From a virus: a stretch of 64,000 bases of DNA. The notes under the pieces are model-generated. The model worked only from the letters and a program-made list of their open reading frames with translations, was not told the origin of the DNA and made no database searches. Every line of letters starts with the position of its first letter. The stretch's first letter is position 1. The position numbers were made by a program, and so were the translations under genes. Below, one piece after another: positions 48,026 to 57,775 of the stretch. The stretch is from IMG/VR virus record IMGVR_UViG_3300028376_000003, positions 64,001 through 128,000 of that record. One strand, 5' to 3'.

Positions 48026-50167
48026 ATGAATAAAAATCAAATTATGCAAAAAGACAAAGAAGGGAAAGATTACTTAAGAAAAACTATCGATGTGAAAAAC
48101 TCTATTGCAGATGATGGACCACCAGATGAAGATTTTAAAGTCCCTGACAAGAAGAATGGTAAATCTAAGACTCCTGTCCTTGATACATATAGTAGAGATC
48201 TTACTAATATGGCAGAAGATGGTAAGCTAGATCTTATTGTTGGTAGAGATAAAGAAATAGAACGTGTTTCTCAAATTTTATCTAGGAGAAAAAAGAACAA
48301 TCCTATTCTCATTGGTGAAGCTGGTGTTGGTAAATCTTCTATTGCAGAAGGTCTAGCACTTAGAATTGTACAGAGAAAGGTAAGTAGAGTTCTTTTTGAT
48401 AAAAGAATTGTTATGTTAGACTTAGCATCTATGGTAGCTGGTACTAAATATAGGGGTCAATTTGAAGAAAGAGTTAAGGCTCTTATGAGTGAAATAGAAG
48501 ATGAACCAAATGTTATTCTTTTTATCGATGAAATTCATACTATGGTTGGTGCTGGTGGAGCATCTGGTAGCCTAGATGCCTCCAATATGTTCAAACCAGC
48601 ATTAGCACGTGGTGAAATTCAGATAATTGGTGCAACAACATTAGACGAATACAGAAAGCATGTTGAGAAAGATGCTGCTTTGGAAAGAAGATTTCAAAAA
48701 GTAATCGTAGAACCTGCCACACCAGAGGAAACTTTACAAATCATAGGAAACATCAAAGATAAATATGAGAAGCATCATAATGTGGTTTACTCACAAGAGG
48801 CAATTGAATCTTGTGTTGATCTTACAGTCAGATATATGAGTGATAGATTCTTACCAGACAAAGCAATTGATGCATTAGATGAGGCAGGATCAAGAGTTCA
48901 TATCTCAAATATAGTTGTTCCTAAAAGGATAACTGAAATCGAGAAAAAGATTGAGGATATTAAAGAAGAAAAGAAAAAAGTAATTAGGTCTCAAAAATAT
49001 GAACAAGCTGCTAGACTTAGAGATGTTGAGAAAGAACTTGATGCCGAATTAGAATTGGCTAGAGATAAGTGGGAAGAAGATACTAAAAATAACCCACAAG
49101 TTGTGTCACAAGAAGATGTTGCACAAGTAGTATCTATGATAACTGGAGTTCCTGTTAGTAAGGTTGGGCAAAAAGAAAATTCTAAATTAGCCAAAATGTT
49201 TGATGTTATTTCAAATAACGTTGTTGGTCAAGACAAAGCAGTTAAAAAAGTAGTACAAGCTATACAGAGAGGTAGAGTTGGTATGAAAGATCCTAACAAG
49301 CCAATTTTCTCAGGAATACTAATTGGTAATAGTGGAGTTGGTAAAACTGAATTGGCTAAACAAATTGCTAAGTATATGTTTGACTCAGAGGATTCTATTA
49401 TTCGTTTAGATATGTCTGAATACATGGAGAAAGTCTCCCTTACTAGAATCCAAGGTTCTGCACCTGGGTATGTTGGATATGAAGATAGTAATGTATTGGA
49501 TAAGGTAAGGAGAAAGCCTTACTCTGTTATTCTTTTTGATGAAATTGAGAAAGCCCACCCTGATGTTGTCAATCTATTTTTACAAATGTTAGATGATGGA
49601 GTTGTAACAGATTCACATGGAAGAAAAGTATCTTTTAAGAATTGTGTTATTCTGATGACATCAAACGTTGGTACTAGAAAGGTTAAGAGTTTTGGAACTG
49701 GACTAGGCTTCTCAACAAAAACATCAGTTGAGAAAGAACACAATAAAGTTAAAGCTATTTTACAAAAGGAATTAAGTGTGGCTTTTCCACCAGAGTTTAT
49801 CAATAGATTAGATGATATTATCTACTTCAAAGATTTGGACAGAGATGACATTATGAAGATTGTTGAACTTGAAATTACTAAGACACTTAAAAGAGGTTCT
49901 GATATTGGATATAATCTAATTGTAACAGATGAATTGAAGGAACACCTTCTAGATGTTGGTTATAACTTAGATAGTGGTGCTAGACCTCTTAAAAGAGCTT
50001 TACAGACTTGGATTGATGATTATGTAACAGAGTTTATCATCCAAGAAAGTCCTAAAGAGGGTTCTACACTAACAATTAGCTATGATAAAGATTTGGATGA
50101 GTCAGTAGTTAGTCTTGGTAAGAAAAGAAAGAAGAGAGTTTCTAAGCCCAGGGACGAAGAAATTTAG
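48026..50167 (+). CDS. clpC: ClpC-like AAA+ ATPase lacking the N-terminal Clp repeats
   Basis: Two Walker A motifs (GEAGVGKS, GNSGVGKT), FIDEIH, central UVR domain, LGF ClpP-docking loop, GARPLKR. Confidence 0.92.
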   Translation: MNKNQIMQKDKEGKDYLRKTIDVKNSIADDGPPDEDFKVPDKKNGKSKTPVLDTYSRDLTNMAEDGKLDLIVGRDKEIERVSQILSRRKKNNPILIGEAGVGKSSIAEGLALRIVQRKVSRVLFDKRIVMLDLASMVAGTKYRGQFEERVKALMSEIEDEPNVILFIDEIHTMVGAGGASGSLDASNMFKPALARGEIQIIGATTLDEYRKHVEKDAALERRFQKVIVEPATPEETLQIIGNIKDKYEKHHNVVYSQEAIESCVDLTVRYMSDRFLPDKAIDALDEAGSRVHISNIVVPKRITEIEKKIEDIKEEKKKVIRSQKYEQAARLRDVEKELDAELELARDKWEEDTKNNPQVVSQEDVAQVVSMITGVPVSKVGQKENSKLAKMFDVISNNVVGQDKAVKKVVQAIQRGRVGMKDPNKPIFSGILIGNSGVGKTELAKQIAKYMFDSEDSIIRLDMSEYMEKVSLTRIQGSAPGYVGYEDSNVLDKVRRKPYSVILFDEIEKAHPDVVNLFLQMLDDGVVTDSHGRKVSFKNCVILMTSNVGTRKVKSFGTGLGFSTKTSVEKEHNKVKAILQKELSVAFPPEFINRLDDIIYFKDLDRDDIMKIVELEITKTLKRGSDIGYNLIVTDELKEHLLDVGYNLDSGARPLKRALQTWIDDYVTEFIIQESPKEGSTLTISYDKDLDESVVSLGKKRKKRVSKPRDEEI

Positions 50168-50442
50168 GCTTCGAAAGAATGCCCCCCTATATTCTGTAGA
50201 ATAGGCACATATTCAAGCGAGTTAGATTTCTGACTCGCTTTTCTTATGTTATCATTGCTTATAGAATGTACCATTTCATTTGGATACTTAGTAAAGTACT
50301 CAATCATAGAATCTACATTTTCATCCTCAGACAAACTCTTGTTCCATAAATCTGGTAGGTTGTACTTATTCATACTCACATACTCCTTTACTTTTAAATC
50401 TAATACAGGATTGAACTCTTTCCATTCTTTTAAATATTCCAT
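50164..50442 (-). CDS. Hypothetical protein
   Basis: 92 aa; MEYLKEWKEF N-terminus. Confidence 0.6.
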   Translation of the reverse strand: MEYLKEWKEFNPVLDLKVKEYVSMNKYNLPDLWNKSLSEDENVDSMIEYFTKYPNEMVHSISNDNIRKASQKSNSLEYVPILQNIGGHSFEA

Positions 50443-50446
50443 ATAA

Positions 50447-51046
50447 TTATATTTTTTGTATTATAGTAGTAATATTCTTTGTCTCTAATACCTTACTCTT
50501 ATCTAATAAAAATTCTATGTCATAGAAGTTGAAACTAAACGTTAGTGTAAATTCTTTACCAGTAACTCTTTGTTGGGAGTAATTGAAATTGACATCTGAT
50601 AAACTCCTAAGAATTATCTCACCAAATTTAATTATGTATATAGCATCTCTATGTATGTCCAATGATGTTATAGTAAATGGATCCAGAAAAGAATTCTCAA
50701 CATCTATATAATGCTTGTTTATAATATCAAATAATAGCCAATAATTAAGATAAGCATCAACTGATCTAAAAGTTATTTGAAGTTCTCTAGTAGATACTAT
50801 ATCTTGTGGATTCTTAGAAGGTTTGAAATTTCTTTTCTTACCCCTCATTCTTATCTGCTCTGGCATATCAAAAGATATACCTGGAAAATTCACTGACAAG
50901 ATTGTAGAATTTATATAGTCTATGACGTTTTCATACTGAACCCAGTTTTTTTCCAATATAGGTTGATAACTCTCTATCAATTCATTTGGAAGAAATGATT
51001 GTGGTAGGTTAAAGATGAACTGTGATGATTGCGAACTAAGTCTCAT
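50447..51046 (-). CDS. Tail tube/tube-terminator (T4 gp3-like) protein
   Basis: ILSVNFPGISF, LQITFRSVDAYLNYW, FTLTFSFNFY. Confidence 0.55.
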   Translation of the reverse strand: MRLSSQSSQFIFNLPQSFLPNELIESYQPILEKNWVQYENVIDYINSTILSVNFPGISFDMPEQIRMRGKKRNFKPSKNPQDIVSTRELQITFRSVDAYLNYWLLFDIINKHYIDVENSFLDPFTITSLDIHRDAIYIIKFGEIILRSLSDVNFNYSQQRVTGKEFTLTFSFNFYDIEFLLDKSKVLETKNITTIIQKI

Positions 51047-51090
51047 TCAATTATATGTATTTATAGTATATATTAACTTATGAAAATCTC

Positions 51091-53040
51091 TTATTCATTG
51101 AATATATCATCACCAGAATCCCTAAATCTAACATCATTTGGTCTGCTATTAGTATTGGGTGTATTAGCAGAACTAGACTTTTTAATTGGTCTGTTGTCAT
51201 CACTAATAACTCTTCTAGTTACTATTGCAGTTTCCTTCTCTGGTTCAGTTACAACATCTTGTTCTACCCCACCATTTTCTATGTCATCATTTAATTCTCC
51301 AACATTGTTCATATCATCATATATTTTAAATAACCCAGTATAGACAACTGAAGTAGTTGATGAATTAGTACCAGTTATATAAAAAACGTTTATACCACTA
51401 GTAAATATTTGTTTTATTTGACTGAATTTACCTTGTGTTATTTTAAATACAACTATACCATTTGCTAGGTCTACTTCACCAGATTCTATAAAAGGAGAGA
51501 ATGATATTGATGTTTTGTCGTTCTTTATGGTAAATAGAATTTCAGAATAACCTGTTAAATCTAGGTATTTTGGTTTTTCATTAGTACCAGAAGCTATTGT
51601 GAATGATATTACATTATCAAACGGATATAAAAGTATTTGTATTTTACCAAATCCATAGAACCTACTTTCGTCCAATACTGAACTTTCTGATTTAGCCATT
51701 ATATTAAACCTATCTACCAAAACAGGGAATGGTACTTTAACTTGTTCTACAATAACGCCACCATTGCCACCATTATTACTATTGTTATTATTTGAATTTA
51801 ATTCATCTAGTGTTATTCTAGGTCTAATAGGTGATTTAGGAGTGTTGTTTATTGGTATAACACCAAAAGAGTTAGCAACTCCAACTAAATCTGGATTTAT
51901 TGAAGATTTTATATTATACACCTTTGGCTTGGATGCATTAGCTATATTTATTTTAGTCATTCTAAGAGAATACTTAGATACCTCATCTTGTAACATACCA
52001 TATGATGCCCTTCTTATTATATAAGACTGGTCAACAGAGTCTATAAGTCTAAGTTCTACATCTATAATAGCAGTTGTAGTTGAGTACTTTATAATAGGTC
52101 TATATTCAACAGTCTCATTGAAGTTATTAGTAAGTGTTATAGTAGTTGTTTTACCCCTTATATTTTGCTCATATATCGTTATATTGTATTGTACATAGTA
52201 TCTGTTACCCAATGGTATTGCATCATCTATAAACCTTTTAAATTCAGCTATATTACCATTGTATGTTCCATAAATCTCAAAAAAGTCACCATTAGGCGAG
52301 TTTTCTATTTTAAGACCTAGTTTTTCAAATTCTGGTGTCTGTGGAATTGTTGTAGTAATTGCACTTTCTAATAAATATGTCTTTATTTGATTTATTCTCT
52401 GAGTTTTATTTATAAAATGAAAATCTATAAATACTGGGGAATTTATATTTAGACCAAGACCATTAGTAAGAACAGAGTTAAGACTATTTTCAGTTGGTTC
52501 TTGATTTGTTAATTGTGTAGAAACCTCACTTAAAGCTGGTATATCTAATACAATATTCTTACCCCAAAGTTTCTCTTGGAATAGAAGTGGTGGTGATGAA
52601 AAATTAAGTAAATACTGTTGTTCAACATCTGTCATATCAAAATAGAAATTTGATAAATCATGTTGTGTTTGATTTAACCTATCAAATGCATATATTCTAA
52701 CATAAAATCCTAAGTATTGTCCAAATGTCCAATTTATAGGTAAATGTATTTTAACTGTATCATGTCTTAGTGGTGAGGATGCAGTATAGTTTTTTTCTTG
52801 TAAAAATGTATAATTACTTTCATCTACCTTACCCCATTTAGATTCTATTGGATCTAGTCTAAATAATTGATTTGTTTTTGTATTGCTAGTGGATGATGTA
52901 CTTGTTGAAAAATATCCAGTTGTCCTATCTTTTGAGTTAACCAATATGTTATATGGTTCACTCAGTAGGTTAGCATCATTATAAATATATTCTAATAATA
53001 TATCTTTATTTAATTTTACAAATTTAGAGATTTTAGCCAT
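51091..53040 (-). CDS. Probable virion structural protein
   Basis: 649 aa, beta-rich; TTAATATATA upstream at 53059-53068. Confidence 0.6.
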   Translation of the reverse strand: MAKISKFVKLNKDILLEYIYNDANLLSEPYNILVNSKDRTTGYFSTSTSSTSNTKTNQLFRLDPIESKWGKVDESNYTFLQEKNYTASSPLRHDTVKIHLPINWTFGQYLGFYVRIYAFDRLNQTQHDLSNFYFDMTDVEQQYLLNFSSPPLLFQEKLWGKNIVLDIPALSEVSTQLTNQEPTENSLNSVLTNGLGLNINSPVFIDFHFINKTQRINQIKTYLLESAITTTIPQTPEFEKLGLKIENSPNGDFFEIYGTYNGNIAEFKRFIDDAIPLGNRYYVQYNITIYEQNIRGKTTTITLTNNFNETVEYRPIIKYSTTTAIIDVELRLIDSVDQSYIIRRASYGMLQDEVSKYSLRMTKINIANASKPKVYNIKSSINPDLVGVANSFGVIPINNTPKSPIRPRITLDELNSNNNNSNNGGNGGVIVEQVKVPFPVLVDRFNIMAKSESSVLDESRFYGFGKIQILLYPFDNVISFTIASGTNEKPKYLDLTGYSEILFTIKNDKTSISFSPFIESGEVDLANGIVVFKITQGKFSQIKQIFTSGINVFYITGTNSSTTSVVYTGLFKIYDDMNNVGELNDDIENGGVEQDVVTEPEKETAIVTRRVISDDNRPIKKSSSANTPNTNSRPNDVRFRDSGDDIFNE

Positions 53041-53097
53041 TAATGTAATTGTTTTACATATATATTAAATGGTAGTTGCTCTAATTAAGTTGTTTTA

Positions 53098-53156
53098 AAG
53101 TGTTCATTATTTTAAAGTGTTCAGTGTCACTGAACAGGATAAAATAATGAACACTT
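53098..53156. repeat. Nested inverted repeat (long hairpin) just downstream of cas3
   Basis: aagtgttcattatttta/taaaataatgaacactt enclosing tgttcagtg/cactgaaca. Confidence 0.8.
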
Positions 53157-53157
53157 A

Positions 53158-55407
53158 TTAAATAATCTTTTTAATTATCCCTAGCCTATAGTCGTAAGAG
53201 AAATTAATAGCTATATAGGGTGATTTATCTAACCTAGCTTTTCTTCTAAGATCGTCTATTTTAATATTTTTATAATGTTTATTACTATTTATACCATAAT
53301 TATATTTATACCCAGAAGTAGGTGATGATATATTTTTTATTATTTTTATCATCTTACCTACCGAAATGGCGGTACCACCTTCATTAAAATCTTTATCAAA
53401 ACTATCGTACATGCTCTTGGTGAATGGACCAACCCATTTGCCTTTAACGTCCTGTACTATAAAAAATACTTCTGAACCGTTGCTTCTAAGTGGGTTAGAA
53501 TTTGCCGACATATAACTTGGTGGTGTTGTGTTATAATGCTTGACTGGGTATATATTGTTACTCGAACTTTCATTACTTTGATGAAGACTGTCATCTATGT
53601 AATCTACTATTTCAGTATTATTTGTAATATTAAAATCATTATAATGTACATATATCTCGTCAAGTGTTAAGGAACTACCACTCAATAATTTTAAATGATC
53701 AACCCAAAGTTTTCTTAAACTCTCATTATATTTTATATCAACGACATAGCCATTTGATGTGGTGGGACAAGTGTCTATAATATTTATAGTAGCAGTTTTA
53801 TTCCGACCCCATCTGTTACATCTTCCTATCCGTTGTAATGTGGATTCTGGGGATAATGGTATCTCATATAGATTATTAAAAGATATATCAAGAGCCGCTT
53901 GTAAAATAAGTGTTGATATGTAAGGCTTTCTGTTAGTTGTTTTAGAATCCTTACCATAATCCTTTAATAATTTATCAAACATCTTTAATTTATCACCTTC
54001 TATGAAATTAGAGTGTATTAATATAGCATCTGTTAACTCCTTTGCAATTTCTTGGGATTCTTTTATTGAGTTAACAAATAATATCTCATCGTTTGATATT
54101 GTACTAGGTATCTTATTTATAATATTAACTTTATATTCTTTCTTATGTATAGAAGGTAAGTGGTTTTTTCCATTAGGTATAATCTTAGTTTTGTTTGAAT
54201 TAGTAGTCCACAAATGGCTTATATCGATGGGTGTAGCACTTAATAACAAAGTTCTAGAATCTGTCTTTATGTTTCTAACTCTCATAAGGTTTATAAAGAG
54301 GCTAAATATAGGTAAATCAGTTACATTTTCATGATACTCATCAAATATAACATCACTATGTATTATAAAATACATAAGAGACATGTCTTTACCAGCATTA
54401 CTATATGGTCTTAGATAATAATCAATGTTTGTAATAATGATATCTGCTTCTTTTCCTTCTCCATTAAAGCTTGACTTTTGAACCTTCCCAGCATACCTTA
54501 GTTCTATATTTACTTTCTTTTCAGAGTCTTCTAATTCTTTTACAATAGAATAGTATGTTGATATTGCTATATTATTTCTAGGACATACCCACAATAACTT
54601 TTTATCTGACTTCTCACTCCACATAAGACCTAACATAGTTTTACCAAATCCTGTAGGTGCTTTAATTATTGTAGTTTTATCCTCATCCTTAATATCATTT
54701 ATAATCTTTTTTTGCTCTTTGAATCTTTTGTCGTCAGGGAAGTGACAAACTTCAAATAAGAACTTGTTTGCTTTTTTAAGATTTATATCATCAGCACCAG
54801 ATATAGTTCTATCAGAATAAACTAATATCATTCTAATTAATGTTATATCTCGGTTGAGGTTGTCTGTTTTTTCTTTCCTATCTTTGTTAAATAAAAAGTA
54901 ATCAGGTCTAGTATTGTTATTTTTTTTAGGATTATTAATGATATACTTACTGTCAATTAGTTTACCAAGCTCTTTCTTCATGGTATCTATATCACTAGAT
55001 GGTATACTACCTAAAACATCTTTGGCACAAATCCCCTCATTGTCCAAGATACCATGATGCCAATATATTAGATTGGGTATTATGTTTTTACCAACACAAT
55101 TCTTTATTTCGTTGTCTTTGAAATAATTTACATAATCGAAATAAGTATCTACAAAAGCCCATGAAACTTGTTGATGTAAGTACTTGTTTTTATGTTTCTT
55201 ATCTACTTTCTCTCCATTTATATGTTTTTGGAAAGAGTCTGTTGACTTCCCAATATCGTGTAATAGAGAAGCTACCTTTATGTTTACCATTAAGTGTTCT
55301 TTCACATTTGGTAATTTTTTTAATTCTTTCACAGCCTTATCACTGACTTCCTTTGAATGTTCCTCTAATGATATATTATTACCATTATTCGACTTTGCTA
55401 CTATCAT
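53158..55407 (-). CDS. cas3: CRISPR-associated HD nuclease-helicase Cas3 (no Cas2 fusion)
   Basis: LEEH, LLHDIGK, HHG, APTGFGKT, DEYH, SAT, QRIGRCNR; next to the array. Confidence 0.93.
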   Translation of the reverse strand: MIVAKSNNGNNISLEEHSKEVSDKAVKELKKLPNVKEHLMVNIKVASLLHDIGKSTDSFQKHINGEKVDKKHKNKYLHQQVSWAFVDTYFDYVNYFKDNEIKNCVGKNIIPNLIYWHHGILDNEGICAKDVLGSIPSSDIDTMKKELGKLIDSKYIINNPKKNNNTRPDYFLFNKDRKEKTDNLNRDITLIRMILVYSDRTISGADDINLKKANKFLFEVCHFPDDKRFKEQKKIINDIKDEDKTTIIKAPTGFGKTMLGLMWSEKSDKKLLWVCPRNNIAISTYYSIVKELEDSEKKVNIELRYAGKVQKSSFNGEGKEADIIITNIDYYLRPYSNAGKDMSLMYFIIHSDVIFDEYHENVTDLPIFSLFINLMRVRNIKTDSRTLLLSATPIDISHLWTTNSNKTKIIPNGKNHLPSIHKKEYKVNIINKIPSTISNDEILFVNSIKESQEIAKELTDAILIHSNFIEGDKLKMFDKLLKDYGKDSKTTNRKPYISTLILQAALDISFNNLYEIPLSPESTLQRIGRCNRWGRNKTATINIIDTCPTTSNGYVVDIKYNESLRKLWVDHLKLLSGSSLTLDEIYVHYNDFNITNNTEIVDYIDDSLHQSNESSSNNIYPVKHYNTTPPSYMSANSNPLRSNGSEVFFIVQDVKGKWVGPFTKSMYDSFDKDFNEGGTAISVGKMIKIIKNISSPTSGYKYNYGINSNKHYKNIKIDDLRRKARLDKSPYIAINFSYDYRLGIIKKII

Positions 55408-55460
55408 ATTAATATTTTAGACTGCGAATATACTAATAAAAAAAACAATTGCTATATATA

Positions 55461-57000
55461 TTTATGATTACCTTATGTATTAATATGATTACTACTAATA
55501 ATTAGCTTCGATTGTTGCGAAGGTCGGTTTTGATTACCTTATGTATTAATATGGTTACTATCTCCAAAAAGGGGTGTTAAGTCTACTTCGTAGTTGTGAT
55601 TACCTTACGTATTAATATGATTACTATCTACATAACTTTTACTCCTGGGAGAAGAGTAGTTGTGATTACCTTGCGTATTAATATGATTACTATCATCACG
55701 TTTACAATGATTAAAGGGGTGATGGTTGTGATTACCTTGCGTATTAATACGATTAGTACAAACCGCTAGCATTCATGTTGTGATTACCTTGTGTATTAAT
55801 ATGATTATTATCTCCTTTAACTGAAAATTAGACCATTTCATGTTGTGATTACCTTGCGTATTAATATGATTAATATTTCATATTCAGACAGTTTAAACGT
55901 GTATTTAGTTGTGATTACCTTATGTATTAATATGATTACTATCTAAAGTAGGAGGCAGAACATCATCTATATTGTTGTGATTACCTTACGTGTTAATATG
56001 ATTACTATCATGCTACCATGCTTTATAAAATAATTACCAGTTGAGATTACCTTACGTATTAATATGATTACTATCTTAAAATCAAAACAGCCAATATAGA
56101 CGAGTGTTGTGATTACCCTATGTATTAATATGATTACTATTTTTTGTATAATCCTAGCCATAATGGCGTTGTTGTGATTACCTTATGTATTAATATGATT
56201 ATTATCACTTTTCAAAAAGAGTCCTATTAAGTATTTGTTGTGATTACCTTGCGTATTAATATGATTACTATCAAAAATAACACTAAGATATTCAGGTTCT
56301 ATGTTATGATTACCTTACGTATTAATATGATCACTATCTAAGCCTTTTGGTAGATATTTGTGTTAAGGTTGTGATTACCCTATGTATTAATATGATTTCT
56401 ATATAGTGCTATTAAAGCATATGTCAATAAAGTGTTGTAATTACTACATTTAATTATTTAGTGGTTTGTTTTAAAATGTCAAAGAACTATTTTTATCTAT
56501 GTAGATAATTACCTTACGTATTAATATGATTACTATCAAAGAATGATGAAGCTACTTATTAAGCTACCGTTGTGATTACCTTACGTATTAATATGATTAC
56601 TATCTAGGAGGTCTTTTGCTACAAATTTTTATGGGTTGTGATTACCTTGCGTATTAATATGATTACTATCATAATCGAGTTGTTGGAACTTTGATTTGTG
56701 GTTGTGATTACCTTGTGTATTAATATGATTACTATCTTGCAAGATTTTCTAGCTTGCGTTGTAAGTGTTGTGATTACCTTGCGTATTAATATGATTACTA
56801 TCATGCTGTAATTAAGATGATGGTAGGTCCATGTTGTGATTACCTTGCGTATTAATATGATTACTATCTATCACGTACCAATTCATTTTTACCCTTATGT
56901 TGTGATTACCTTGCGTATTAATATGATTACTATCAGAAAATTTATCCAAAGGAATACTTATCCCGTTGTGATTACCTTGCGTATTAATATGATTACTATC
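55461..57000. CRISPR. CRISPR array: 36-nt repeat GTTGTGATTACCTTGCGTATTAATATGATTACTATC, ~24 repeats, mostly 29-31-nt spacers, in two blocks
   Basis: Repeats at 55461, 55527, 55593 ... 56368, partial at 56434, then 56502 ... 56965; best conserved at the right (cas6) end, degenerate at the left. Confidence 0.97.
56476..56488 (-). promoter_or_regulatory. boxA-like antitermination element inside the array
   Basis: Minus strand reads AGTTCTTTGACAT in the non-spacer interruption. Confidence 0.5.
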
Positions 57001-57003
57001 CTA

Positions 57004-57038
57004 ACTTATATATCTAGCTGAAAGCTAGATATATAAGT
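57004..57038. repeat. 16-bp perfect hairpin between the array and cas6
   Basis: acttatatatctagct-gaa-agctagatatataagt. Confidence 0.8.
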
Positions 57039-57060
57039 GTCATTTAGGATATAAAAACTA

Positions 57061-57765
57061 CTAAAATAGCTCTTCTTTTGGATGGTATTTGCTAATATTA
57101 TCAGTTCTAATTAGAGTCCCAAACCCCGAACCAGTGCTATTACCCAATCCATAATTATATATATGTTCAATAAGACTTCTATCACCATATATAGTGAGTG
57201 GACAATAGCTAGATTTGTTTCTGATGTTATTTACATAAACATTTATAGTTCTGTTTGATTTGTTATTATGACCAATTTCAATTTTGAAGTCTTTGAAACT
57301 TAATCCTTTATTTATCTTAGAAAACTTGGATCTAGTTTGTTCTTCTAAAGCTTTTTCAAATCCACTATCTTTTAATGTTAAAAATCCTAATTTTGTCTTT
57401 AGAAGAATACCATTCCTAAGTGTTTTAAAATGATTATATCCACTATAAAAATTTCCAGATATGTAATCAATACCATTTACTTTCATACCCTTTCCTAGAT
57501 TACCATCTAAATGTAATCCATTTATGACTTTACCGATAAAATCTTCTTTCAACGAACTCACAACAATAAAGCCACCATTTGGAAAATTTACATCTCGTCC
57601 ACCATTTATAAACACACCACCTTCTAGGTTTGATATTGTATAATCTGATACAGAGTTATGATATTTGTTGTTCTTGCCTAGACATTTATGTATAAATCCA
57701 TTTACTATTTTCTGATTATTAATTAATGGTTCAGTGTTTGGAGTAAAACTAATTTTAATTCTCAT
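57061..57765 (-). CDS. cas6: CRISPR endoribonuclease Cas6
   Basis: C-terminal G-rich loop YGLGNSTGSGFG; YH...SDYTIS.L. Confidence 0.9.
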   Translation of the reverse strand: MRIKISFTPNTEPLINNQKIVNGFIHKCLGKNNKYHNSVSDYTISNLEGGVFINGGRDVNFPNGGFIVVSSLKEDFIGKVINGLHLDGNLGKGMKVNGIDYISGNFYSGYNHFKTLRNGILLKTKLGFLTLKDSGFEKALEEQTRSKFSKINKGLSFKDFKIEIGHNNKSNRTINVYVNNIRNKSSYCPLTIYGDRSLIEHIYNYGLGNSTGSGFGTLIRTDNISKYHPKEELF

Positions 57766-57775
57766 GTTTTATGTT

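Noticed and set aside
55967-57021. Short repetitive ORFs (55967-56161, 56619-56804, 56836-57021)
   Set aside because: Artefacts of translating the 66-nt CRISPR period.
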